A stretch of DNA of 64,000 nucleotides, from NCBI RefSeq assembly GCF_009914755.1, contig NC_060926.1; one strand, 5' to 3'. How positions within the stretch are numbered: position 1 is the stretch's first letter; the number at the start of each line of letters is the position of its first letter. The notes under the pieces are model-generated. The model was not told where the DNA came from, ran no database searches, and worked only from the letters and a program-made list of their open reading frames with translations. The stretch comes from the human T2T-CHM13v2.0 reference genome, Homo sapiens. Shown here one piece after another: positions 1 to 14,300 of the stretch. A program made the position numbers and the translations under genes.

Positions 1-100
1 GGATGGGAAGACTCTTACCTAGCACGCTGTCAGGAAAAGTTTAGGAAACACAAGACAAAGCAGTGACTCTACCAGCCTGACCAAAATAAAGTCATCTTAC

Positions 101-198
101 TTTAAATGTGAATGTGCCTAGAAATTTCTGAGGCTAATTCATATTGTGCAAATGATGCTGCCTTCTAACGTGACACTGAAAGAATTGCAAAACATTCT
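101..198 (-). pseudogene. Candidate fossil coding exon of an unidentified minus-strand gene
   Basis: Strong acceptor ttttttctgtttgttatatttag|AGAATG; donor AAA|gtaaga at 101, or TAG|gtaaga at 19. Phase-2 reading: (R)ECFAILSVSR*KAASFAQYELASEISRHIHI*. Confidence 0.4.
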
Positions 199-535
199 CT
201 AAATATAACAAACAGAAAAAACTTTCATGCCTTCTGCTCTTTTCTTCCTGATGCCATTATTCAGGTAGTTATTCAAATGGCCCTAATTTAATTAAGGGAA
301 AAGCAGATAAAACTTTTTCTTTTTTTCTTTAATACAACATTCCCTTCACTCCATTCGTATGGCTTAGGAGTTCGGGTAATTCTCTGTAAGGTCATCCAAG
401 GAAGACTTCTTTTCCTTTTTTCTATTCTCCCTGGCTGCTCCCTTTCCCTATCCCATTTTTGTCATCTTATCCCCTTCAGCCAACACAATATGCATTCTTT
501 CCAGATCAGCCAAGCATTACAAGCAAATAACCACT

Positions 536-877
<342 letters not shown>

Positions 878-881
878 TCAC

Positions 882-965
882 CTTGCCTTTGTGGTTTTGG
901 CAAAATTCTGGTGAAATTTCTAATGAAGGAAACTCATTGTAATATCCTTCAGGCAATTTAACAAG
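882..965 (-). pseudogene. Candidate fossil coding exon, 84 nt
   Basis: Acceptor ccccattttctgaag|, donor AAG|gtgact. Phase 2-2 reads (D)LLNCLKDITMSFLH*KFHQNFAKTTKA(R); phase 0-0 is fully open: LVKLPEGYYNEFPSLEISPEFCQNHKGK. Confidence 0.35.
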
Positions 966-1079
966 CTTCAGAAAATGGGGCATATATAGAATATACAATA
1001 GATTCTTAGGTCATTCTAGGCACTGTACCTTAGGTGCCTTGGTAGTAGTTACTAGGCCCTTTTATGGGCTTTATGAAGA

Positions 1080-1265
1080 TAGAGAATCAGGTTCAAATTC
1101 TGTCTCTGGTGGTTGTTTTAACCTGTGTGACCTGAAGTACTTAACCTCTTTGATCTTCCATATTCCCAGATATAAAAATAAAGAGAAGGACAATCTAGGG
1201 CTATTAAAAGGATTCACATTTCATAATCATGTTTCAACCACAAACCTGGGTGCTCAGTAAACATG
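1080..1265 (+). mobile_element. MIR SINE, degraded
   Basis: ggttcaaattctgtctctg...tgtgtgacctg...tacttaacctct...tgctcagtaaac matches the MIR pattern. Confidence 0.7.
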
Positions 1266-4200
1266 ACATTTTCTCTTTGATTAAAAGAATGAATTAAATG
1301 CTACACCAATTTTGTAAAACTCAAATTGACAAATGTTAGTTTCATCCAAAGCATTTGCATGTTTCTGGCCTAGAAGTTCAAATTCTTCATTTTACTCTCT
1401 CCATTTCAGGGCATACAATGTAAAGAAGCTTCACGAAAAATAAAAGAAAAGTGAAAATATATTTAGCTACAAATGATTGTCCTCTTCCCTGAAAATTACA
1501 GAAGAGGTATCTTCTATTAATGGCAGTGAACGAGAAAATGTTCTGCTGCCTCTGAAAATGAACAGGCATAAAGAAGACTGACAAAGAGCCACCTGACATT
1601 GCCAGACTTGTGGAGAAGGCTTCAGTGCAGTGCTCTCAGCATTTCTAAATAAAACTGCACATCTAGGTTTCTTTCCAAATAGTATATTGATTACTTGCAG
1701 TCAAATTGTGGTCTTTCAAACAGCATGTTCCTTTATCATCATGGAACCAGCAGTTTCAGATTCCATAATTGAGAGCTACATAGTTTATAGGAATTGGTAT
1801 TCAGAATAAGACTTTTTAGTTTGAAGCTGAATAATGATAGATGTATGTGGAGATCAGTCGCTTGCTGGGAAAAAATCGTGCAGTTCATGTTTTCATATTT
1901 TTGCCAGGAGAAATAGCACCTTATGCATTTTTTCCAGAAACAAAAATATTTCCATCCACCATACCAGTTTAGAAGACTGAATTCTAGAAATTTCTTGGTG
2001 GTAGTTTCTCTTTTTGGGGAGAGGGCTACTCTAAACTAAAGAAACCCCCTAAATTCACCTCCTAATATGGCAAAATTATTTGTTCCATATTATATATACC
2101 ATATATTTTGTCTTTAATGCTCAATTCATGAATTGTGAAAAATGACAGAGAGAATGTATCATCTAGCTATTCCATGATGGATCATGATATACTTGTACCC
2201 TCCTAAATGAAAACAAATGCATACTTTTCAGTCATTTACTTTTTTTTTTTTAAGTAGAGGTCATTAATGATCTTCCTTAATTTTATTTCATCCATATAAT
2301 CATATAATTTGAGAAATATCATTAATGATATATCTGTCCCTTCTTTTGAATGTGCATATATATATTATATATATTTCAAGCTAATTCAAATATAAATATT
2401 AAAATTATTCTTTAAATTTTTATGAAATATTTTAGATATATTTTTAAAATAATGAACTCCGTAATTGATTATGGCACAAACATCCCTTACCCTGCCCTTC
2501 CCTTTTTGGTGGGGAGAGAGAGTCTCAAATGTAGTGATTTAATCAAAAATAGACTTTTTAATTCACATCTCATTAAATATGAGTTTAAAAGAAAAGACTA
2601 AAGTGTTTTATGTAAAGTTCTGTGATGTGTAAAACCTAAGAGATTGCTCCCGTAGCAGTTCCCTGAGCAAAATAAAATCAGTCCATTTCAGAAGACATAA
2701 ATTGCTTACCTGTAGACTAAAAGAAATCTAAAGGAAATGTCCTACTCTCCTAATTAGAAATATTTGTAGAGAAAGTATACTGTTTATGACACTGGAAATA
2801 GTTTCGTCTGCTGGTTCTAAGTGTGTGTGCTATTCTAAAAGGCACTATTCCCACAATTAATTACAGTATCATATGATTATAATTTTAGATGTAGCTCCAT
2901 GATGTATTTTGAGATGTCACTAATCCACCTTGATCCCCCTCTTCTCTCAAGCTCTGCAATGTAATGTCATGTAGCTAGGCATTCCAAGCAGTTTTCTAGT
3001 CATTTCATATATTTTAGTTTACAGTTTACGAAGACTGCATATTATTCGTGGGCACAGACTCACAAAAGTTTGCTTCTTATATATCCCTATAGTTTTAAAA
3101 AAATTAACAGGTATAGAATAGGACCTCCAAAATCGTTTTTTGTTCAAAATAAATTATTTTAGGAAATTTTATTGCATACTAACAATACTTTTTAAAATCA
3201 CAGTGATTTTGTTATGGTATCAGTAATATCAAGAAATTGTGAAAAGTTATTTGCAAACTATAGTCCTTCAATCCAAATTATTTTGTCACTTTACAGCACA
3301 CACATTTCTTGGTGAAATTTGCAGGCTTCAGTATATATGTCAAGTAATGACTAGATCTGGAATAGTTGTGTTAATTTGGAAAAAAATGTTATTAAAGTTT
3401 TATTTTGTTAGCCTTGACATATTCATTTTATTATTTTAAAGTAAAAGAATAATGAAAGTGGAATTGAAAGGTTTTTTTATTTTGAAATTTAAGAATTATT
3501 GTATCATGTCTTAAAGAATTGTAAGATCCCAATAATATGTGAAAGGAGCCAAAGATATTTTTACCTAAACAAAATGATCAATTAATAGTTTATCTTTACT
3601 TTTCAAATTCAGTAAATATTTGTCTGATTTGTTTCACATAAAAGAGAAGAGACGGCCACTTGCTCATCATAAATTACATAATTATTTTATGTATGTGAAT
3701 TTTACATTATGATTGTTTTTGAAAAACCCCTCGTAAGGATTAGGGAATCCTATTTAAGAAACGTAGTGGCATGTAGTGTGCACCAAAGGGAAAGAAAATC
3801 AACCTGTATAAAATTTGTTTTGCTAAAAAGAAAAAAAAAAAGGCAAACTGGAATAAGGAGAGTGAAACAATCTTCCTTCAACTCCAACATATACTTCATT
3901 TGCACCCCCTACAATAACTGTCACGGTTTTTTTAAAATACTGCATGAATTCATGCTAAAATTCACTTTTAAAGCAAGGAACATCTTGCAGTAGCTTGGAT
4001 ATGTCCAGAAATAACATGAGTAGTGGCTATTTTACCCAGCAGGCTCCTTTATCACTCCAGAGAAGGAAAGTCGACAGCCTTTGTATCTGCAGTGTAATTA
4101 GCTTGTGGATGTAGGGTCATAATGAAAGCAAAATTTACATTATTACAGGCATGTGGCTGTTTGCTTGTTCTAACTGGCATAAGAAATGAATTCCACTATG

Positions 4201-5456
4201 TACATTTAAAGATGTATTCAATCCATTTTCTAATACTTTTCCCTCCAGGAAAGCAACAGTGTGTTCAGCAAGCTGGAACTAAACTGTTCCTGAATGGAGA
4301 GTTCCCATCCTGCCTCAGTGGAATCAAAGAAAAGAGAAAGGCTCCAAAATGAACACAATGCGTGTTATTTGCTACCATAAACTGTGCAACTGGTTTCTAC
4401 TGCTGTGTTGCAATTGAATAGTAATCAGGAGAAGTTACACGTTGTTCTTAGAAATAATACAACGAATCCTGTCAATCTTAAGTCCTGACACTGAATTTAA
4501 CGCTCTCTGTTTAGTCCTACCATCAAGGATGATTTGCAGGTGAAGAATTCTTGATAGTCAGATGCAGACTACGTCTTCAGATCCTATGGCCTAAGGTTAT
4601 TAAGGTGGGAGAAGCAAAACAAATGCGGTTCTCATCCAGTAATAATGGATTTACAAGAATTTGAAACAAAACTTTCCTTCCAGCTACTGCTTTCATGTCA
4701 GAGAAATAAAATACATGTACAAGATTTAAAGCTTTATGTGTCTAACCCTTTCTGACCCCTTTTACATTCAGTTATTAATAATAATAACTATGATAATATT
4801 GCTTATGCCCAGGGCTGAAATGAGGGTTAATTAGTTAATATTTATAAAGCTTTCTGAAAATGAAAAGTACTGTTTAAGCCCTAAGTGTATTCTTTTCTTC
4901 TTTCACTCTCTTCTTTCATTTCCTTCTTTTATCACAGATCAATTGATTCTTCCTCCCATCTGGCTAATTTTTTTCACTGGTTATATTTCCTGCTCGTTTT
5001 GGATTATTGCCCTTGACTCCACATTGACCTCAATCACTCTTACCCTTCAACATTGTGTTTGCTCTTTTTGCCTCCCACGCTTTAGTCACTTCTTTCTCAC
5101 TTTCATTTCTTCTTTCTAGTCTTCCTTTATCCACTCCTAACACTAATCTCGTAGCTGTAGACTTATCTTTTTCATTGTCCTCATTTTTTAAGCATAGGTG
5201 AAATACCGGAATTGATATAGATTTAATTTAATTTTATCTCCTATGTTATGCATTATTGAGACCAGAAAGTAGATAAATCAAATTGGTCATACCCAATCCT
5301 TTCCTACAAGATAGTAAATGTTTTGAAGTCACAGACTATTGCCATCTGGAATAGTCCTTCTTTTGTAACCCAGTATAATCTCCACAAAAATGTTATTTTT
5401 AAAAAATCCCTCCACTCTATAACATTCTGATGACCTGTAAGCTTTCAAGAAGTCTT

Positions 5457-5697
<241 letters not shown>

Positions 5698-6917
5698 TTA
5701 TTATATGGCATAAGTATGGGTCAGGTGTTAGCTGGTTCCACATACTTCCCATTGTATGTACAACTTCTAAATAAACAGCAATAAAAGCATATACTGACTT
5801 ATTATTTCCTTTCTAAAAGTAAAAGGATAGAAATAATACAGCTGTTCCCTTAAGCCCATACAAAGAATTTAGTTGTAGTTACAAGGATCAACTAAGTTTT
5901 AATAGTATATTTTAATGGTGTGTTTCAAGAGAGTCTATTAACTAAGAGAGTTATTCAGATTGTGGAAATAGAATGCCCAATATAAATACATAAAAGTCTC
6001 TTATAAGTTCATGACTTAACTAGTTGCTACCTAATTATTCTCACTTAACAGCGTCCCTGTATCTAATTTTGTACATCACCACCAGAATACTCTAACTAAA
6101 CGACTTAAACTTTGCTATATGCTTGTTCAATGACATTAGGGCCTTCAAGTTGCTTATAAAGTTCAGCACTTACCAGCTAATACCCTGAATATCGCTCTCG
6201 CACCTTAAATTTTCAAGTTGAATAAAATATTTAGTAAACAAGTACTCTGTGCTATGTTAAATGCAGTTCAGCAGCATTTTGCCATGTGTACAGGCCTCCT
6301 GGAGACCCTAGAAGTACCAACCATTGTATCTAAAACTAAAACACCCAGCAGAACCTGGCTTGGGCTTCTGTTCAGCTATGCATTCATTCAAATTCTTCGT
6401 GCCTACCAACCAGTTGTTAACTGGTCCCACAACATCCTCTGTTCTTTTCAGTTTCTCTGCAATTTCAGTCATATTCACTCCATATGACCTTGCCACTCCT
6501 CTCTGCGTATCATTTTTTGATAAAACAATTTTACCATAAACATTAAGGTAATTATTTCTCGTCCTATGATAATTATTGTTCTTTAGATTTATTTTGATGA
6601 TTAACCAAGCATAGCTTTGTTATACTTACTCAACAAATAGACATTAAACTCACACACATTCAAGTCACATGGGTGTGAATATCAGGAGTTTTCTAGGTGC
6701 TACGGGAATATATGAACCAGTTGCTATTATTTAAAGATATTTATCATCTTGGGGACATAAACGAGGAAGCAGGTGACACATGACAATGAAGGGCACCAAC
6801 TAAATATTATAGGAATATAGACGAAGAAGGAAACATTTTCAGCAAGCAGTAAGTAGGTAGAAAGTAGTTAGTGTTAGAACTGGTATATTACTGATGGTTA
6901 AACAAGATCGTAAGGCG

Positions 6918-7210
6918 GGCTGGGCACAGAGGCATCAGCCTGTAATCCCAGCACTTTGGGAGGCCGAAGTGGGCAGACCATGAGATCAGGAGATCGAGAC
7001 CATCCTGGCTAACACAGTGAAACCCCATCTCTACTAAAAATACAAAAAATTAGCCGGGCGTGGTGGCACACGCCTGTAGTGCCAGCTACTCAGGAGGCTG
7101 AGGCAGGAGAATCATTTGAACCCAGGAGGCGGAGGTTGCAGTGATCCAATATTGTGCCACTGCACTCCAGCCTGGATGACACAGTGAGACTCTGTCTCAA
7201 GAAAAAAAAA
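6918..7210 (+). mobile_element. Alu, AluSc-like, full length
   Basis: gagatcgagaccatcctggctaac left arm with an S-type right arm; flanking gtaaggc duplication. Confidence 0.95.
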
Positions 7211-7231
7211 TGTAAGGCTATTTTAAGCAGA

Positions 7232-7647
7232 TACATTAGTTACTTCTTGTTGTGTAACACATTATCCAACAATTTAGTAGCTTAAAGCAACAAACATTTT
7301 ATTTATTATGTCATAATTTCTGTAGATTAGGAATCTGACTCAAGGTCTCTCATGGGATTGCAATCAAGCTGCTGGTTGGGGCTACAGTCTCATCTGAAAA
7401 CTTCCACTTCTAGGATAACTCACATGTTGGCTAGCCTCAGTCCCTTGTCATGTGGGCCTTTCTACAGGGATGCCTTATGACAAAGCAGCTGGCTTCCTCT
7501 GGGTGAAGGAGAGAGAGAGAACACTCAAGGCGAAAAGACCTGAGAACTGACATTACATCATTTCTGCCATATTCTATGTATTACACATAGATGTGAATAT
7601 CAGGAGGTAGGGATCATCTGGGCCCTTCTTAGAGACTGCCTTCCACT
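7232..7647 (-). mobile_element. MLT1-type (ERVL-MaLR) solo LTR
   Basis: cattagtt...tgtaac...ttagtagcttaaagcaacaaacattt...gtgaatatcaggaggtagggatcat matches the reverse complement of MLT1 LTRs. Confidence 0.8.
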
Positions 7648-7818
7648 GTAATAATGATAATATGATCAAAAAACAAGGGGGAAAATGTTTCATGGGCATT
7701 TGGGAGTGATGAGCAGTCCAAGTTGGCTGGACATGTCACCCAAATATGGAGAGCTCTGATATTGCCAAAGAGTTGATTTTATGGAGTAGCTGGAGTAATG
7801 TTGAAAACATTTACATGA

Positions 7819-8238
<420 letters not shown>

Positions 8239-8255
8239 TTATTAAAAAGTACCAA

Positions 8256-9200
8256 CTTCCATGGTGGTTGAATTAATTTATACTCCCAACAACAGTATGT
8301 AGGTGTTCCTTTTCCTCTGCAACCTTGCCAACATCTGTTACGTTTTTACTTTTTAATAATAGCCATTCTGATTGGTGTGAGGTGGTATCTCATTGGGGTT
8401 TTGATTTGCATTTCTCTAATGATCAGTGATACTGACCTTTTTTCTTCATATGATTTCTGTCCACATGCATGTCTTCTTTTTAAAAGTATCTGTTCCTGTC
8501 GTTTGCCCACTTTTTAATAGAATTGTTTGGTTTTTACTTGTAAATTTGTTTAAGTTCCTTATAGATGCTAGATATTAGATCATTGTCATATACATAGTTT
8601 AAAATTTTTTTCTCTTATTTTATAGGTTGTCTGTTTATTGATAGTTTCATTTGCTGTTTAGAAGCTCTTAAGTTTAATTAGATCCCATTTGTCAATTTTT
8701 GTTTTGTTGCAATTGCTTTTGGTGTCTTTGTCATGAAATCTTTGCCTGTTCCTATGTCCTGAATAGTATTACCTAGGTTGTCTTCCAGGGTTTTTATAGT
8801 TTTGTGTTTTAAGTCTTTAATCCATCTTGAGTAAGTTTTGTAAAGGTGTAAGGAAGGGGTCCAGTTTCAGTCTTCTACATATGGTTAGCCAGTTATTCAA
8901 GCACCATTTATGAAGTAGGGAATCCTTTTTCCATTGCTTGTCTTTGTCAGATTTGTCAAAAATACTTGTAGGTGTGCAGCCTTATTTCTGGGTTCTCTAT
9001 TATGTCCCATTGGTCTATATGTCTGTCTTTGTACTAGTGCTATGCTGTTTTGGTTACTATAACCCTGTAGTATAGTTTGAAGTTGGGTAGTGTGATGCCT
9101 CCAGCTTTGTTTTGTTTAGGAGTGTGTTAGCTATTCAGGCTCTCTTTTGGTTCCATATGAATTTTAAAATAGTTTTTTTCTAGTTCTGCGAAGAATGACA
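8256..9200 (-). mobile_element. L1PA (older primate L1) ORF2 3' region, inverted 5' part of a twin-primed insertion
   Basis: Antisense L1 ORF2: ggttgaattaatttatactccc...tagtatagtttgaagttgggtagtgtgatgcctccagctttg...tagttctgcgaagaatg. Confidence 0.93.
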
Positions 9201-9775
9201 CCATGGTGATTCCTCAAAGACCAAAAAACAGAAATACCATTCAACCCAGCAATCTCATTACTGGGTATATACCCAAAGGAAGATAAATCATTCTATTAGA
9301 CATATGCACACATATATTCATTCCAACACTATTCTTAATAGCAAAGACATGGAATCAATCTAAATGTCCATCAGTGGTAGACTGGATAAAGAAAATGTGG
9401 TACATATACACTATGGAATACTATGCAGCCATAAAAACTAACAAGATCATGTCCTTTGCAGGAAGACAAATGGAGCTGGAAACCATTATCCTTAGCAAAC
9501 TAATGCGGGAACAGAAAACCAAATACCACATATTCTTATAAGTGGCAGCTAAATGATGAGAACACATGGACACATAGAGGGGAACAACACACAATGAGGC
9601 TGATTGGACAGTGGAGGGTGGGAGGAGAGAGAGGATCTGGAAGAAATAACTAATGGATACTAGGCTTAATACCTGGGTGATGAAATAATCTATACAATGA
9701 ACCCACATGACAAAAGTTTACCTATATAACAAACCTGTACCTGTATCTTGAACTTAAAGTTAAATTTTGAAAAAA
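9201..9775 (+). mobile_element. L1PA (PA13-16-like) ORF2 end and 3' UTR, sense part of the same insertion
   Basis: gattcctcaaagac...cccagcaatctcattactgggtatatacccaaagga...ggcttaatacctgggtgatgaaataatc...gaacttaaag then an A-rich tail. Confidence 0.95.
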
Positions 9776-10899
9776 TTATAAGAAGTATGAAAGTTAAGTG
9801 ATTCTGAATAAAGTAATACCAGTTAAAATGCTTATATAGTAGCCCAAATATGAAATTCATTTGAAATGGGGATTATTTTAACTCTTAAATTTCATTATAT
9901 AACTTTTTATGCATAATATATATGTTGTCTATCCATTGAGACTAAGTTTTAACACAAGGATAGTATATATCTTTTTATCTTCATTATGTCAAGCACAATG
10001 TATTTAGGCAGTATTATGTAAGTACTAGTTGGAAAGAAAAAGAAGGAAAGAGAAGGATCACACAAAAGTAGTATTGCAGAAAAGAGTTTCAAGAAGGACG
10101 TTGCTGACTTTCTCAAAATAACACAAAGTATTTGGGTTGGAACTGAAAAGAGGTGCCTAGATCTTAAAAAAAAAAAAAAGTGAGATTTTTTCTAAAAGCA
10201 GTGTCAGTGGAGGGATAACTTAGAACTCAACTACATTGAACGAATGGGGAGTGGAGAAATTGAGGCCTTCAGGATAGATTCTGTTTTCGAAAAGTTTGGT
10301 GGTGCTGGAAAAAAAAAAGGAAAATATTAATAGTAGCTAAAGAAAACTGTGATTAAAGTATGTAAAGACTTGAGCACATTTTTAGACTACAAGGAAGCAG
10401 TAAGGAAAAGAATTTAAAGACATGAGAGAAGAAAGACTTTATGGTACTAAATCTCAGAAAAGACAGAAAAAAATAGTTTTTAAGAAAACAGAGATGGTGG
10501 CATTAATTGTGGAAAGACACAGGAACGATTCTTCTTCCATAAGACAGGAGGAAAATGTGGGTAATACGTGAGAAAATGTTTCTCACTTTACAAAGTTCCA
10601 TAACAAAGCCTCTGAGATCAAAATGATAAAAATTATTATAAGGACAATGACATGTGCTTCTTTGTGCATCATAAATAAATAGAATCTAAAATATAGGTAG
10701 GTATATGCAGGGTTAAATAAACTGAATCTACGTAGTCTCTGTTGTTTAAAATATTTTTTCATTTTGTATACCTTTGCTTTACGGACTTCGTGGAAAACTT
10801 ATTCTCATAAAATAAAGCAGTCATAGAGTTTTGTGTTAATATTAGGTCAGCTGACTTTAAAAGGATGTTCTTTTTTACCCTAGATTATCAAAAATTCTA

Positions 10900-11640
10900 T
10901 ATAATGAATAAGCTTCTACAATATTAAATGCATGGTTAGAAAATATAGGAGAAAAATACAAGAACAAAGAGTTCCTGCCTTTGAAGAACTCATAATAGAG
11001 AAAGCAGAGTGACAATTACACAAATTTCTCTATGACAGAGTAGATGGCATAGGATCGCTACTAACAAATCAAAGGGGATTCAAACAAGAAGGAACAAGTG
11101 GCATTCAGGTATGGTCATCAAGATGTCTTCATGAAAGAGCTTACAATTTACATGGAATTGGCAATTGGACAGGACTTTTAAGAGAAACAATAAAGATAAA
11201 GAACACTCTAGTTTTGAGGCAAAGACACGAATACAGGCATGGAGTCAGGAGATTACCGGAAATATTCAGAGAAAAGCAAATATCTTAATTAAATTCAAGG
11301 GGAGGGGCATGAGGCAAGAGTTAGGAATACTCCTGAAACATCTGGGACAGTAATAAATGAAGTTTTAATCAATGAGTCAATAAATTCAGATCTATGTTTT
11401 AAGAAGCTTAATCTAGCAGTAATATGCTTTAGAATCAGTAAGAAAAAATGGAGAACTCAATTAGGAGCCTATTGTGGTACTCCAGACCAGTAGTGGAAAT
11501 ATAAGTGGAAACAATGTCCAAATGGAAAGCATTGGTGGGATGCTTGAGGCATTAGAAGGTAAAATCAAAAGGATAAAGCAAATAACTTGGATGTGAGGGT
11601 GACGAGGGAGAGCTGGGAATTACTCCAAAGGTATGTAGCT
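10900..11640 (-). mobile_element. L2 LINE fragments, degraded
   Basis: gttcctgcctttgaagaactcat, caattaggagcctattgtggtactccag and ttggatgtgagggtgacgaggga are typical antisense L2 motifs. Confidence 0.55.
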
Positions 11641-12087
11641 TTGTTACCTATGCTGCCAAAAATTCTTATATTTTGAAAAATGGACAGTCTCCAAGAATAG
11701 CAATATAAGGATAGTGCAGAATATTTTGGAAGTCAATTCATACTTCAGAAAATTCTCTTTGAACCCCATAGCTATATAATGGCCTAAGTGGATGTCATGA
11801 GCTACAAGGTTCAAGAATCTCCAAAGGATAAAATCAACAGAACATTTTGGAATATGAGCTTTGTCCAAAGATCATGAGAAGCAAGAGAGGGAAAATATTG
11901 CTATATAAGTATTATACTACAGACATCATAACTAGTAGAATGCCAGTGCTGGGAAATAAAACTGCTGCATAGTAGGTACCAATGGCTAAGTGTGGTCAGC
12001 TTTTGTAAAGAAAATGAGTAACTCTTGCCAGGACATTTTGCAGTATCCATTCCTCAACAAAATATTCTTCTGGCTATCAGCTCTTAC

Positions 12088-12155
12088 TCTTCAGGATCAA
12101 TCATCTTTCTAAGAAATGCCAAAACATCTTTAAAATATTCCTTATCAGAGAGAAC
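12088..12155 (-). pseudogene. Candidate coding or fossil exon, 68 nt, phase 0-2
   Basis: Acceptor ttttaactttcgttatgcctttacgctgttgtcag|, donor AGA|gtaaga; open frame VLSDKEYFKDVLAFLRKMIDPE; unique (non-repeat) sequence. Confidence 0.5.
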
Positions 12156-13065
12156 CTGACAACAGCGTAAAGGCATAACGAAAGTTAAAATTTTAACAAG
12201 CACAAGTTGGTTAATCAGTGTGAGATATATTATTTCTCTCCTTGGTAAAAGATGCAGCAAATAGATGCTCTGTCCTGTCATTCTGCTCTTTGAAGTACAA
12301 AGACTTGTCTCAAATGAGGCCCTAAGTTCTTTCTTTTCCTTTTCCTTAAATCAGCAAATCTACTACACAGGCTCTTACTGATACTAGAGTCATATGCCTC
12401 TTAATCCAATGATATATGAATTATGGCAGTACATGGCTCTGAAAGTGCCTCGAAAGCAAAATATGGAAATTCCCACCCCACTCTCCCAAGAGAACAGGAT
12501 GAGCCGTCATTATTTTTGTGAATTCAGAGACTATCCCTGTGTTCAGAGACAGCATGTATATGTCTGTCTCTCTTTTTGAAGTTTTGTTTTGTTTTATTTT
12601 GTTTTGTTGTTTTGTTTTTAACATGAAACCTCAGATGTACTCAAGGACAGTTTGCCAGCTTGGTCAAGAACACTACAATATCTACATATTCACTAAGTCA
12701 TAAATCTTCTGTACTTTGGCTCTGTGTATATGACACATGACCCTTATCTCTCCCTAGTGGTTGCTTACTCAGAGAAAATAGAGGTCTATGGAAACACATT
12801 GCTTCCTTCACAGGTAATATTTCACACATACTTCTTTACATCTTCCTACACATCAAGAGGTACAGTCTGGAAGGGTAGTATAACACAAATTGTCCTAAAT
12901 AGACTAATTTGGATCAAATGAGAAATTTTCCCTAAACATTTGTTAGTATAGTAGTATTACCTACATGCTTCCAAACATTGTTTATACTTCTTAGGAGCAA
13001 ATGAACAATCCTCTGATTTCTTTGGGTATTTGGTTCAATCTGTCTGTCAGACATTACTGAGTTCC

Positions 13066-13434
13066 TGTAATAGTTCATTCTCACTGCTGATAAAGACATA
13101 CACGAGACTGGGTAATTTATAAAGAAAAAGAGGTTTAATGGACTCACAGTTCCATGGGCTGGGGAGGTCTCATAAACATGGCGGAAGGTGAGGGAAGAAC
13201 AAAGGTGTGTCTTAAAGGGCAGGCAAAACGAGAGAGTGAGAGCCAAGCGAGAAGGGAAATGCCTTCCAAAACCATCAGACCTCATGAGACTTATTCACTA
13301 CCCTGAGAACAGTATAGGAGAAACTGTCCCCATGATTCAATTACTTCCCACTGGTCCCCTCCCACAACACGTGGGAATTATGGGAACTACAATTCAAGAT
13401 GAGATTTGGGCGGGGACACAGCCAAACCATATCA
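13066..13434 (-). mobile_element. THE1 (MaLR) solo LTR
   Basis: ctgctgataaagacatac...gagactgggtaatttataaag...gggacacagccaaaccatatca; 5-bp TSD gttcc / gtacc. Confidence 0.95.
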
Positions 13435-13957
13435 GTACCATAGCAATCTCCCTAGTATTTTATGGAAAGCCAGCAAAAGTGATTACAAAGGGAGCACTTG
13501 CCTTGACCAGAAAACTCTGTCATTAGGTTTAACATTCAGACCCGAAGCTCATTTCTCTTTCTCATTGAAAAACGGATAACCATGTTATGAACATTAGCCA
13601 TATTACCAGTATAACCAAGAGGAAATATTTGTCACTTTTTTCACTAGTATTCATAAAACAAATAAGCATAGATTCCTTGGGTTTGCTTGAATACCCAAGA
13701 AAAATGGCCACTTCAATATGCCAAGCAATTTAATGAAAAGCGACTTCCAAACTGTGGGTTCCATTTTTGCTAAAATTGTAACAAGAAAAAATACAGGAAA
13801 GTATGCATAATGTTATGACTTCTAACATTTCTCTGAATTATAATGAAATGAATTATAATTTCACTAAATGACAATGTCTACCCAAGAAGTGGTTCTCATT
13901 TCTCATGTTTCATATATTTCTAATATTTCTTTTTCTCAATTTTTTGGTTCACATTGA

Positions 13958-14300
13958 GCTAATCAAAGTTCTTATTACAAGTAACAGAAGCCAGATTTGC
14001 CTAACTTAAAACAGAAAATGGATTTATTGGAAGGATATGTGGAGGCACACAAAATTGATGGACCTACTGGACAAACAGCCAGCAAAGTACACAGGAACGT
14101 ACAGAGTATGTGTGGGAAGCGCAGAGACCACCACCATTATCATGCCATTGGGATAGCCCCATTTTCACTCTACTTCAACTCCATGATTAGTCCCTCAACA
14201 GGCCCAACATCTTTGTATCATCACGCAGATTCAAAATCCCAGGCTGAAGTATCCAATGATAGTACTTCAGATGTCTACAGCTTCACTCACTGAGAACTGG
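13958..14300 (-). mobile_element. Ancient MLT1-type LTR fragment
   Basis: ttacaagtaacagaagcc...ctaacttaaaacagaaaatggatttattggaagga resembles the ends of old MLT1 LTRs. Confidence 0.5.
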
